A DNA stretch of 64,000 nt from Ascoidea asiatica JCM 7603 (Eukaryota; Fungi; Ascomycota), in assembly GCA_001600695.1 (NCBI GenBank), contig BCKQ01000007.1, forward strand, positions 767,712-831,711. Direction: 5' to 3'. The translations under genes were made by a program, and so were the position numbers. Each line of letters starts with the position of its first letter. The first letter of the stretch is position 1. Shown here in pieces: positions 1 to 12,500 of this stretch. A model generated the notes under the pieces. The model worked only from the letters and a program-made list of their open reading frames with translations, did not search any database and was not told the origin of the DNA.

Positions 1-1730
1 TATCCTATCAATGAAGTCATGACATTTGATCTAAACAGATCTTATACTCATTATACGTTAAATATAAAGAAGTCCCAGTTACAACTACAGATAATTAATA
101 AACAGCTTTATATCCAACTTTTATTACAACGCTTAATCAGCCTTCTCATATATTCAATCCAACTTTCCTTTTAAGTGATTCAACTCAAATAGATCCTACT
201 GATGTTATTGATCCAAAGAAATATAAAGATCCTATCAAGAATCCTAATTATCGACTGGCCATTGATATAGAAGTTCAAGAATTTATGAATCAAAATGTCT
301 TTGAAGAAGTTGAATGTAAAATTATTAAAAGAATTCCAACGTCTCATACTCATAAATTTGTACGGATGTTTACACAAAAATATGATACTTTTAAAAATGC
401 TACTAGACATAGGGCAAGGCTGGTGGAATTAGGCAATAGAGAAGGTCAATTATCTACTTCAACTGATTCTTATGTTAGGCATAAAAGCTCCTTTAGGTTT
501 TACTTAAATTTCTCTCGAATTAAATCTTCAAGTATTTGGTGTGGATATCAGTGCAGCTTTTCTGATTGCTAATCCAGGAACATCAATATACTGCGGGACT
601 CCTGAGGGGAAGGAACATATAATTAACTCAAATGTCTTATCTTTAACAAGGCCGCTTATGGATTTAAGGATTGTTCCTTAAATTTTTATCTTCATCTTCG
701 ACAACTCCTATCAACCATAACAATTGAAGATAACATACTAACTGAAAGTCAATCCAACTATAATATATACTATATTACTATCAATTATAAATCTAAGCTA
801 ATTCTAGCTTTTGATGATGAAGATTTCAGCTTAGTCGGTACCTCCTTTTACTGTAACTACTTCATTGCGCAACTTAAAAAGGTTTACCAGGTAAAACATA
901 CTTTTCAACTTGATTAAATTCTTGGCTGTCATCTTTCATATAAATCAGGATCCATCTCTATATCACAGACAGATTACATTACTACAACCCTACAAGAACA
1001 AGCCTGGGAATCAATCCCAACTGCTAAATCTGTATGTCATCTTACTCCTCCGACAGAATGGGCACCCTTAAGCTTACATACTATTCCTGTTTTAGATATT
1101 GAGATTCAAAGACTTTTAGGTCAGCTATTGTGGCTAGCTACCCAAACTAGAGCAGATGTTCTTTTTATGTCAGTTTAATATTCAGTTCTCCTTATACCAA
1201 ATTGATATTAGCCCAAATCAAGCAAATCTGCCGTTATCTTGAATACACAAAAGATTATGGAATCCGTGTTACTAAAAGCTCAAGAAGTATCATATCATAT
1301 TGTGATACAGGCTTGAATAATAATACTCAGCTTGGCTTTATTAAAACAATGGCTAATAATAATATTCAATGGAGTAGTTCTAAATGCAAAGTACCTGATA
1401 CCTCAACATATATTGCTGAACTTTATGCTGCTACATCATTCATTGAGTCTACATTATGTTCCAAAGGTCTCAAAGAAGTACTGCAACTTTACTCTCAGAT
1501 AATCTAGCTCTTGCTTCCGTTATTAAAGGTCATAATAATATTAAAAGTATGAGGCACTTCAAAAAGAGAATCAATAAACATAGAAAATTATATCAAACTA
1601 AATAATTTGAAATTAGTCATGTTCCTGGAATTTTAAATCCAGCGGATGTTTGAACAAAAGCTCTTCCTGGATCAAAATTGCTTTCACTATTGGAAGTAGA
1701 TAGTTTTCAGAGTACTATTATCTGTTATTA
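1..1730 (+). pseudogene. Degenerate Ty1/Copia pol 3' half (RT + RNase H), cut by the window start
   Basis: Motifs occur in Copia order across broken frames: RHRARLVELG (KARLVA), VDISAAFL (~541), KAAYGFK (~650), SYCDTG, QWSSSK, STYIAELYAA and NPADV*TKA (~1640). There are several stops and frameshifts. Confidence 0.9.
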
Positions 1731-2084
1731 ATTTGTTTTTTATTTTCTTTTTTATTTTTATTTTTGTTTACGTTATGTTCAATTTTGTTATCTACAATAT
1801 TTAATCTTTTTTTTTACTTAACATTTTGCATTAAAATTTGTCAAATAGTTTATCAAACTTTTCGAATAATGGTTAAGACGTGTTTATTATTTATTGTTAC
1901 AGATTGTACTAACTTTTATATATCAATTATTTGGTGCTATTTATGTTTTATTTTATTTTATTTTGTTTACTATTATTCCTTGGGGCTCTCACCTATTTTC
2001 CCTGCTTTTTACTTTTCTTACTTATTCTTCTGTTTGTTTTGTTGTTTGTTCAATTGCCGACTACACTTCTGCGCGCGAGTGCGG

Positions 2085-2250
2085 TGTTGAAATAGTGGGC
2101 TGTGACATAGTTGATGGTTTCTGATAGCGTATGCAGACTCCCTCGGTGCATGTGAGTCCCGCATTACGTTCAGTAGTTTCCGAGGACAGTGACAGAGGTG
2201 AGCCAACTCCGGTTTGCGACCGAGAAAATATACATTGTCGCAATCAAACA
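2085..2250 (+). repeat. Probable 3' LTR of the Copia remnant at 1-1730
   Basis: TGTTGA begins right after a G-rich tract (GCGAGTGCGG) downstream of RNase H and ends near TCAAACA. The partner LTR is outside the window, so the end is uncertain. Confidence 0.45.
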
Positions 2251-3369
2251 GAAAAGAACTTAATTGTTCTTCTTTTTTTTATTTTATAGACAGCAGAATT
2301 TATGATCTTTTCCATCGACCATGCAAGAAGTATCTCTGCTTATTGCCATGATAGGCCAAACTAAAATACTTTCAACCTTTTGGTTCCCCCGTAGCAAACC
2401 CCGTCTGTATGTCACCAGATTTAATTTGAGTGGGAGCATAACTCCACTAAATAACCTCCGTCAATTAACTGAATCAGTTTTGTTATTTTGTCTGGGTTTT
2501 TGCAAACCTTGTGAAAGCCTTTCAATTCTGGGAACAGTGAATCTTATAGTTGGCAACCTAAGATTTACTTGTTTCATTTTGTCTTGGGCTATAAAAAATC
2601 GAGTATTAGCAGAACGATCAGTATTATTAGGATTTTAATCAGCAGCATTATTTCAACAGCTGTAGCATTACTTTTTTTCAAACCAGAACCATCTTCTAGT
2701 TCTTGTTTAGTTTCAAACAGAATAATTAACAGTTGTTTTTTAGAAAGAGAGGAGGTAATAGATTTAAGCATATTTTTAATAACATCTATATCAGATGTTT
2801 GTTGAGCAATGGTGGAACTTAACTTATCAAGGTGTTCACTATATTCAACAGTGTTTCATTCTTGATTTTTAAATTTTTCACTAATTAGATCTTAATTTGT
2901 TGATTGATTCACTGAGTAATCTAAGTTGTTCAGCCTTTTTGTTGCATGTTACTTCGTTTAATGGATTGTTGTCATTGAATTTTTTTGATAAAGATTTCCC
3001 GGTTTCGGGCATTATTATATGGTATTGAAATAGACTATGCAATAATGTGTTTAATTAGTTAAAGTTATATTAGTGATGAAACTAGCTGGTTTTCAAATTG
3101 ATTTGTGATTTAGTTTAATTCATTATTTTTTTTTTTTTTTTTATAATTTGTTTGTTGTTTTAATTGTTTTATATTTCAATTTCCTTCTTTTTTTAAGTTG
3201 ATTTTAAATTTTTAATTAAATTTAAGAGTTTAAAAGGAAATAACTCATAAAAAACAGAAGTTGAAATATTAGTAATATAACTAATTGGAAATAGAAAGAA
3301 ATATCAAAGAAAGTATAGTAGTAATTTCCTTTATTGTGTCCCGTGTATAAAATTTGAAATTTGTATTAA

Positions 3370-3811
3370 TTGTTACCTTGCGATGCCTAGAAGACTATGA
3401 TTTCAAACAATGAGATAACTGAATTCCGATTAAATTACTTCTATTCACAAGTTAACCTCATCCCCGTACAGCTTACAACTAGGTTCTATACTAGCCATAA
3501 CTCGCCTAAATACTATAGGGGGGATTAGATGTAACAGGATTAATCACTTTTCCAGATCCTGGTTTTGTTCATATAATAATAAGAGACCTAAACTCGTACT
3601 CTGACTTAGCTTCGAAGATAGAAAACAATAAAAAAATAAAATAATACTTATCTGTAATACGGAACTGATACTCCAAATTATTCAGTAAATCTAATTGTAG
3701 TTCAAAAAAAATATGTAATAACGTCCGGGAAGACATCTGATTCAATTTATAACAATTGGTAATTAAAATATGAAATATATAGAAATCAATTGAAAAATAT
3801 GGGCAGTTACA
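3370..3811 (+). mobile_element. 3' end of a Gypsy (chromovirus-like) element: chromodomain-like remnant, PPT and 282-bp LTR (3530-3811)
   Basis: The purine tract AGGGGGGATTAGA abuts TGTAAC at 3530, and the segment ends in GTTACA at 3811 (6-bp terminal inverted match). Flanks TTAGA/GTCCT differ, as expected for a 3' LTR. Upstream broken frames give CYLAM / EDYD...DN*IPIKLL, resembling the chromodomain pattern YLVKW.GY....W.P...L. Confidence 0.55.
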
Positions 3812-5071
3812 GTCCTATTTATATTAGTAGGAAATAAGAGCGGGTCCGCCGTCTTAAACACAAATTTGTATAATTAGTATATGAAAGTTTACTCCCCATA
3901 TTTAAGAAAAGAAATAAAATAAAGTTCTTGCCTACAAGACTATACGTTACTCTTAGAATAAACAGGAAGAATCCAGTACAATTGAGACGTAAACGGAACA
4001 GCGAAGAAGGTATAAATAATCCAAAACGTTCTTCGTCTGGAGTTTTTATGCCGATGGAAATACTAAGAACCCAAAGGATTGTTGTCGTGAAATAATTCAT
4101 GCTTTCGTAGAAACTCTAGGAATAGCCTAGCATATTCCAATAAAAGAATAAAATGACTAACATTCAAAAGGACTTTGCCTGTCTTGTTGGAAACGGGTAC
4201 CTCCAACTTCGATTTATAGTTAAGTTTTTCTTTTATCCTGTTATAACTAACGTTTGAAACAGAGAGTTTAGTATTTTTTTTAATGATGTTTAACATCTCA
4301 TATTTTGATATTAGCATATTTTGAATTCCCATATTTCTTTAAGAATATTAATTTTTCTTCTTTTCAATATTTGATCTAGGCTGTCTCGGAAGCGGTTCGT
4401 GACGTGTCGGATCATCAGGAAATAAACGAAAATTAGATGTAGGCTCACCCTGAGGCAAACTCGAAGGATCTACTTTAACCGTGAAGACCCGACAAGGCTT
4501 ACACCAACTGTTTGACAACAAGAGCCCTGAATTCATTATTGTCAACGGTGATTCGAATTAGCGATCTTTTAGAAACTCCTTCCCATTAGGGATAATCCTT
4601 TACGTTCGGGATAATAAACAAACTGTCCAAAATCTCAAGAGAATAATAGCATAGCTTTGGCCTGCGCTACTGACAACGGTAACTACTACACTTATTTTAT
4701 TCGTTGTATCTTATGGAGATCAAACAAGGAAGCTAAGATGATCAGATTTAACTGTTAATCTCCTTGATTTATACGGGTTTTAATATTTCGAACGGTTGAA
4801 CTTCATGGCTGAACTGGAGCATAGGTCACGCGACATCTGAGAGCGGCAGGCGCTCCTAAGCGCAAACGGCTAAAATACACGGTAACCTGGTAGAAGCAGA
4901 AAAAACAATTGGTTCTTTTTGTTGCTTTGTGATGGCGTATGCTGACAGCTATCAGAATTTTGAATTCATTAGACTCGTATTTCTACATGTTAGACTCTAG
5001 GTTGTATTGACAACAAATGGAGGAAACAAATTTTGTAAATCAAATACAATAAAACGAAAACTTGATAAGTG

Positions 5072-5125
5072 TAATAATAATAATAATAATAATCATAATA
5101 ATAATAACTATAATGATAATACCAT
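5072..5125. repeat. Imperfect (AAT)n microsatellite
   Basis: TAATAATAATAATAATAATAATCATAATAATAATAACTATAATGATAAT is visible directly. Confidence 0.85.
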
Positions 5126-5481
5126 TAACTAATAAGAATAATAGTTATAAGAATTCATTTTATAATAATTCTATTGTACAATAATAATATTATTACTTAT
5201 ACGAATTTTAGCAATAGATATTCATCAAGCCAAACAATCGAATTGCAAAAAAAAGAAATACAACAGCTCTTCCAGTTATACAACTTTGGATCATACTATC
5301 CCTTGGAAGTTATCATTCAAAGAAAAAAAAAACTTTGTATTACATTAAATCAATTAGGAATATTAAATCTGTTATCCTACCTTATGTCTACTATAATTGT
5401 GTTTTTCGCTGAAAAAAAAAACTTTACTAGTTTCCTTTACTGCTTTTATCTCCTTCCAATAACTCAACTTTGCTCTCTAAA

Positions 5482-6469
5482 ATGAAAGCAACGACTTTGA
5501 TTGAGTCTAATGGATCATCAGTTGCAAATTCCAACAATAACAGCTTATCAGCTAAAATTTCAAAATCTTAGCTTGATGACAGTTTTTTTCATCTGCCAGT
5601 GTAGTAGCTCCTAGTTTCAATACCTGATACATATTGCTAAGAAGGTTCTGCTAACGACCTGCTGCAGCCTTTGTACTTAGGCAGTAGTTTTTTTTGGTAT
5701 TTAAATCCGAACATCTTTCCTTATTCTCATGAAATGGTGGTTTAAAGTTAATTGAAATGAATTTTGTTACATCATCTAGGTATTTTGCAGAATTCGGTAC
5801 GGCTGATGTGTTCAAGTTTTGTTGCTTATGCCCTTTTTAGATCACATCCATTCAATAACGGCCTTGCAAAAATTAAAGGGATGCTACCTGTTCTATTTTG
5901 GACTCCTTATCGGGCTGAAAAAATTGAGAACCATTGGAGAAAGATCTTCAATTGATGCTTTAATGCATACTTCGGTGCCATTTTAATTCATTCAATATCA
6001 AACAAATATTCGTGGAGTTTGACAGTAAAAAAACAGTTATTCCTGTAGTTACTTTGCAGCTACATAGTTTGCCACTCTCGTTGAAGTCATTCAAACAAAA
6101 ACTTCTGTTACTCTAACTGGTATTTTTGGAACTGACTTCCAAATATCTCACCATTCTATTCAAACATCAAATGACTACTTCTATAAGAAAGTTGATAAAG
6201 AAATCTTTCGTACAAAAAATAAAAAGAGTTATCCAATAGACTATGACTCAGCGCCTACCATTACAGCTATTTCCAAAAGGGAGTTGGCTACCACAACAGA
6301 CTCCAGTAAACAAAACAACAAGTAAAAGACACTTAATCATTCTCCACAAGTTGGACAGGAACATTCTTTCCTGGGAAACCTTTCGGAGAAAAACGATTTG
6401 ATCAAATAGTTTCCAAGCCTTTTCATGGCTCAGGCAGATAGATCATCAGATGATTCTGCTTCACCTTAC
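5482..6469 (+). pseudogene. Degenerate Gag/LINE-ORF1-like coding remnant, interrupted by the solo LTR at 6470
   Basis: Starts MKATTLIESNG. Contains IKGMLPVLFWTP (like the L1/Tx1 ORF1 LP..W motif) and a broken knuckle-like FCY.../TGIFGT. Coding-like sequence resumes after 7511. The similarity is weak. Confidence 0.3.
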
Positions 6470-7506
6470 TGTTGGAAAAAATAAAGATGTAGATATGCTA
6501 GGGCATATATTGGTACCAACACCATAGGTGGTAAAGGTCTAAAAGACACGTATCTATGGTAGACGTGAAAGAGTTTTGTATTGTACAAGAATGTGTGTAC
6601 ACTAAGTATAATTATGCATAGAGATGCATAATTAAATTAAATATACATATTTTTGCATAAAGTTGCATTCAGTTGCCTGAAGAGTACATCCACTTATATG
6701 ACCTTGCATGAATCTGTGTACAGGTGCACATATAGTCCGATGTCAAGTGATACTATATTCACATCGAACACGCCAACTGTGCTTAAGTTAGATATAGCAT
6801 ACAAAGTAGAAAAGACGCTGAGATTTGTACCAGCCATAGTCGTGGAACCTTTAAGAGCATATTAAAGCTAAGCCAGTAGGTACGAGCAGAATAAAAGAGG
6901 AGTTACGATTTATCGTGTATCCGGATAGAAATTAAATCCGAAAGGGCAATCGGATCCAGGCAGGGACGCCTTCTGGATGGATGGATTGCCTATGCGTAGT
7001 TTCATGTCAGATATGGTATACCTCTCACTGAGTATAACGAATTGTCTCCGAGTAAACAAGAGACAAGTGGAGCTAATCCCGTAAGAATCTATTCCGAGTG
7101 CAAGCTTCGGGATTAAATATTATTCCCGCCAATTAGTGCGATTATCAACCCCACTGGAAAGTGGGCTGATTGGTTTTACTATGGAAAAATTGAAATGTGA
7201 ATTTCAATTTCTAAACAAGTTTTCAACCCTTTTTACAAGGTAAACTTGATTCCCACCCTGATTCTACGAAGGAATCCTGGGACTTTGGGGAATTCCCGAG
7301 AATTCTCGATAGTTCTGCGGGACCCCGTGGGAATCCTGAATTAATATAAAAGGAATCGATATCCTCTGATTTTTTTATATAATTTATTTAGTTTTCTTTT
7401 TAGATCATCGATTAGCACGAGTTAATTGATTAATACATAGTAAGTAAAACATTTGATTATATAATTCGAAATTGTAAATTTGTAAAATCGATGAGAATTC
7501 ACAACA
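6470..7506 (+). mobile_element. Solo LTR, family A (1037 bp)
   Basis: TGTTGG...CACAACA termini with a perfect 5-bp TSD CTTAC (6465-6469 / 7507-7511). Aligns along its whole length with 31799-32833. Confidence 0.93.
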
Positions 7507-7899
7507 CTTACAACCCACAAATTCCAGTCCTGTAGATCTACTGCTCATACTCTCAATTCAAAGGAAAAGAAAGTTTTACTGAAGAAAGTAGAAATGAGGC
7601 CGTTCATACAACTTAGAAAAAGGCAATAATACCTGTTGTTTCAAAACACCTAATTACCGCATTTATGATATTATCAGTCTTTACTTTTACTGGAAAAACA
7701 TTATCCGAAGCAAAGAGAAAAGAAACAATCGCAAACTAAAAAGTAATAAGTTAATTTCCCAAACGAGAGATAGAAAGTTCAGTGCTTTCTTGTATCGTCT
7801 GGTCCAACAGGAAGATGTTGAAAGGTTCGGTAGTCAGTAGAAACTAACATTTACCTAAACAATGTATGATCTTGTTTTAAATCAGGAAATGGTTAACCC

Positions 7900-8123
7900 A
7901 ATTAAATTAGGCGAAACAAGCCTTTGTGTGGCTAATGAAGATTACCTAACCATGTGATCTTTATAACATGTGACATCTGTTAGAAGAGTCACATGATCAC
8001 CTAAAACATGCTCGGTTTATGTTTTAGGTAACTATTTAAGTTTTCTATATGCAAAGATGAAACTTAGTCATCTTCTTACCACTTTTATAGTTACTAAGAC
8101 AAAATATACTTATATTTCTTATT
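7900..8123 (+). repeat. 5' LTR (224 bp)
   Basis: Gap-free alignment with 17659-17882, about 15 substitutions (~93% identity). Begins AATTAA and ends CTTATT. Confidence 0.95.
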
Positions 8124-8135
8124 GGTTATTGAGCC
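8124..8135 (+). promoter_or_regulatory. Primer-binding site, half initiator tRNA-Met type (Ty5/Drosophila copia-like)
   Basis: GGTTATTGAGCC directly abuts the LTR end and matches GGTTATGAGCC with one extra T. Confidence 0.75.
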
Positions 8136-8280
8136 TATTTACTTTAATAAAATTTATAACTTAATATTTTTCCTTTTATAACAATTCTAATAATTCACTA
8201 AATTTTTAATAAAATTCAACTACCTTTCTTTAAATAACAATAATCAACTACAAATTAAATTCAATTTAGATAAATTCTAG

Positions 8281-9434
8281 TTCTTGTTTATTTTGTTTAT
8301 GAATAAAAACATTATAGAACTTTCATATTTCTCAAAAATTAATTTTTTCTATCAGCGCTTAAGTTATTACATCTGCTTTAACTACCATATTAATCATCTT
8401 AATATATCATAATTGTTCTTTTATTATTCAGAAAATTCAAAGCAAAAATTAATCTAAAATTCAATTTAGAAAAAGTAAAGTTCTTGTTTATTTTGTTTAT
8501 CAATTTAAATATTATAGATCTTCTATTGTCTTCATCAAAATTAAATTTTCAATCGGCGCTTAATTTATATTCTTAAATAATTCCCATTACTGTTGAATTC
8601 TACTCTAAATATCAATATTTTAGAAGTTATTAATTCTTGTTTATTCTGTGTATCGTTATAAATATTTTAGAATTTTTAATCTTTCGAATAGATATCTTAA
8701 ATATTTTCACATCCAAGAGTTAAATTCAATAGTTTAAAACCTGAATCTTTATTAAAATTTTAGTTTTATTTTTACTTATTCTTATTTATTTTGTTTATCA
8801 ATATAAATATTATAGAATTTGTATTTAATCTTACTAATTATTTTTCTTCTAAAAAAATCATTAATTAAAGAATCATTTGAATTCAATTAAAGTAACTTTC
8901 TATTTATAAAAGCATCAGAACTTTTGTGTTTCATCCTGATAAATAGTACTTATATTAATATCTGATTCCAATATCTAAAAACTTCTTTTAGTTTTACTTT
9001 AAACCATCTAAATTTCAAGTTTCCAAAATTATTACATATCATAATTCTTTCTTACTTACATTTCAAATTAAAGTATTTGCACCAAAAAAATAATCTTATT
9101 TAATAACACAATTCCCTTCAAATATTTCTGAATTCAATTTCTACTTTAATAAATTATATTAAATTCAAATTAATTTCTTGTTTATGTTGTTCATCAATAT
9201 AAACATTTTAGAAATTTCTTTGTTTTAATTTTTTATTACTTCGGATCTTCAACCTAAATTTATTAACTTTACTTCTAAAAACTTATATTCAATACTTTAT
9301 TAAATATTGAATACTTATTCAACTATTACAGACTTAATATTATCTTTTTCATCTGATTCTTACTAGTATTCTGACCTAATTTCTTAAAAATTTCTTGTTT
9401 AATTTGTTCATCATATTAAGTATCCTAGATTTTT
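8281..9434 (+). repeat. Six dispersed copies of a ~42-bp motif in the Copia 5' leader
   Basis: Copies start at 8281, 8481, 8634, 8779, 9175 and 9392. Consensus TTCTTGTTTATTTTGTTTATCAATATAAATATTATAGAATTT. Confidence 0.85.
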
Positions 9435-9500
9435 CTAATTTAATTCGATCTCGGTTGCTCTTTGAATCAAACTTAGTTCTCATTCACTTATCTTAACAAA

Positions 9501-12500
9501 ATGACTGATGTTCCTATTGATGGTAACTTTGATAAAACCCTTGTTAGTAAACTTAATGATGATGATGTTGATGAATACATTCAATTTATTTCAAAATTTC
9601 AAAAATTAAATCAATTCGTTCCTGCTTGTTCAAAAAATCCCTTCTCTATTTCCTTCATTCACTATCGTATAAACCCTTTTAGACTTATTACTGTCGAAGA
9701 AATCAATCAAAATGAAATTAATCAAGGTGTCTTCTTACAAGCCAAAATTATCGAGAATTATCAACTTTCTATGTAACCAGAAGAGAAAACTTTCATTGAC
9801 ATTGAAAGAGAAAATAGAACTGAAAGAAATCATTTCTTAAGAAATAATAAACCTAATAATCCTATTTTCTTTAATTATCCTAAAGAATTTTTCACTAAAC
9901 CTTTTATTAAATCTCCTATTAAATTAATCGCAAATGATGTTACTTCAGAAAATGAAAATTCCAATAATGAAGATAATCAAATTGCAAAACTTCTTTTTGC
10001 AGTTATTAATTCTCCAGTCAAAAACTCTGATCATCTTGATACCTTTGTAGACAGAATCTTCTCTCTCCTTGAATCTTTTCAATTCATCACTAAAGATCCT
10101 TCTGGTGTCTTTCTTTTACAAAAGGACATTTCACCTCAAAATGAGGCTATCATTAAACAATTCTTGACTAATAATATTCAAGAAAATCTAGATTTCTCTA
10201 CTCAACAACCAGTGGTTGATGATATTGAGTTTTCAAAAGTTAAAGTGCAAGTTTTAATCATGAAACTTCAAGAGAAAAAATTTGCCTTTCGAGACCCTTT
10301 AAATCAATTAGGTTCAATCATCAACTTCAAATTAAGAAATGAAGTTCTGAAAAGTGCTAATCTACTATGGCAGAAAATAAGAAAATTCTTTAGTAAAATC
10401 CTTTCATCTGACCACCAAGAATTAATCAAAGATCAAGATAATTATATCAAATTAACAAAAAAACTTTTCGATACAAATGTATGTAAGGTCATAGCTAAAT
10501 ATTTTATAGGAAACTATATTAGAAGCATTAATACAGATAATTACAACAGATATAAAGATAAATCTACCTCTTTATCATTAAATGATAATGTCAAATTCAT
10601 TGTTGAATCCAATTTAATTCCTCCTCAATTATTAAAATCTAGAAATGCTGAAAATGACAAATTAATTATCCAAAAACTTAATAACAAAAGAGAATTTTCT
10701 ACTGAAATTTCAGATGCTAATAAAACTGCTTTAGGTCAAAACTTTAATTCAAAAACTCATTCACTTAAAAGATTAAAAATCTCTTCTGTTGATGATAATT
10801 CTCAAGTTGTTGCTTTAATTAAAAAAACGAATTCATCTAATATTTTGTCTTCCAACACTGATACAGATGATCAAGATATTTTACTTATCTCAGAAATTGC
10901 TGCCCCTGAATTTTTTGCCCTTCCTTTAAAAACTATTCACGATGATGAGTTTTATCAATCTCATTCTGAAGGTCGTAAACTTTGCTCTAATTGTAGAGTT
11001 TTCAAACATCATCATTCGGTTTGTCCTATATTCCCTACAGACTTAACTAAATGCTTTAAAAAAAAATGAAAATTTTGAGAAAAAATTGTCTTTAAGCAAA
11101 ATTCCTAACATGAATAATCCTTTCAAATTCAATTCTACTATTATTGAACTTGATTCTATTTCTATTCCTAGAGATTTTTTTGAAGATCTTCCTGATCTCT
11201 ATAGAATTTCTTCCATCAAAATTCCAATAATATTTACTTCTGCTAATTATAAAAAATCTTTCAACTCAACTGACATTAAATTAGATTTTCATCCTACATT
11301 CAAATATTATGATTTTTCTAAATTAAATCTTCAATATAACGTCAATTGTACTAATAATTTTCCTTCAATTTTCATTAACAATATTACCTAAAACTTTATC
11401 CTGTTCTATTAAAGAAGATCTTTCTCTGGGAAATCCATTTTAAGATTTAGGTGTTGCTTTAACAGAATAAAAGATGTTTCTCCTTTTGATATTCCTGCTA
11501 TTAATGAATCTATTTCTGAAATTAATACTATTAATACTATTAATAACGATGAGTCCTCCAAAGATAATCATCATCTTGATGATAATGATGATATTCATCT
11601 CCAAGACTCACCTCGTCTTAAAGCTACTAACAAATATGATTTAAGTGATGATATCCTTTCACTCATTGATTTCAATCAAGCTAATTCTTTACTTGCTAAA
11701 ATGTATAATTCTGAAAGTTCTTTTAAATTGGACTCCACTGCTACTGGCCATAACCGAATTTTTATAACTCCTCCAAAACTTAATTATTCCCTTCAATTTT
11801 ATAAAGACTTATTTACTCTTGATAAAAATACAAACACCATCAACTTCATTTTTGACCTTGATTTCAGCTTCGATGTCTTATTAATCAAAAATTTTATACA
11901 ACAGATGAATATAATTTATTCAAACTTGCAAGCAAATCCGGTATATAATGCATTTAATGACTTCTATTACTGTGAATTTGCTTGTGATAAATTAGTTGAT
12001 AATCGAGTTTCTGTTAACCCTTATGCCAACATTTATACTGCTATCTTACTTGAACATCTAATTTACAAATTAAAAAAGCATAATACTTCTAAGCATAGTT
12101 TTGAAAATCTATCTAAGGAATATAAACTTTCTTACAATGCTGCAATTTTGTTTCCAGGTAAAATTGCTTCTATATTTTCTGAAAAAATGTTTTTTGGATT
12201 TAAAAAATTAAAAGGATCTCCTGATAATAAAATTCAGTGTTATGTTCCTTCAAACTCTATTTTACCTATTCTCCTTAATAAATATGGTAATATTATCAAT
12301 ACTGATGAATCATATAATAAATATCATACAAATACTTCAGTGTTATCTTTAGTGGTTTTATCAGACAAAACTTTTATTCCAGCTAATGCTAATCTTATAA
12401 TTCACTCTTCTAATTCTAAACTTGATAATAAAAATAAATCTTCCTCCACTAAAACTGAGAATTCACATAAAAATAACTCCTCTTCTGATTTTACATCAAA

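Noticed and set aside
1764-2124. Hydrophobic ORFs after Copia pol as env-like genes (also 17301-17567)
   Set aside because: They are short, start at non-ATG codons and are explained by the T-rich 3' UTR composition.
8281-9434. CRISPR-like repeat-spacer array
   Set aside because: Spacers are 100-350 bp, irregular and partly related to each other. The repeats are degenerate, there are no cas genes, and the array lies in a retrotransposon leader.
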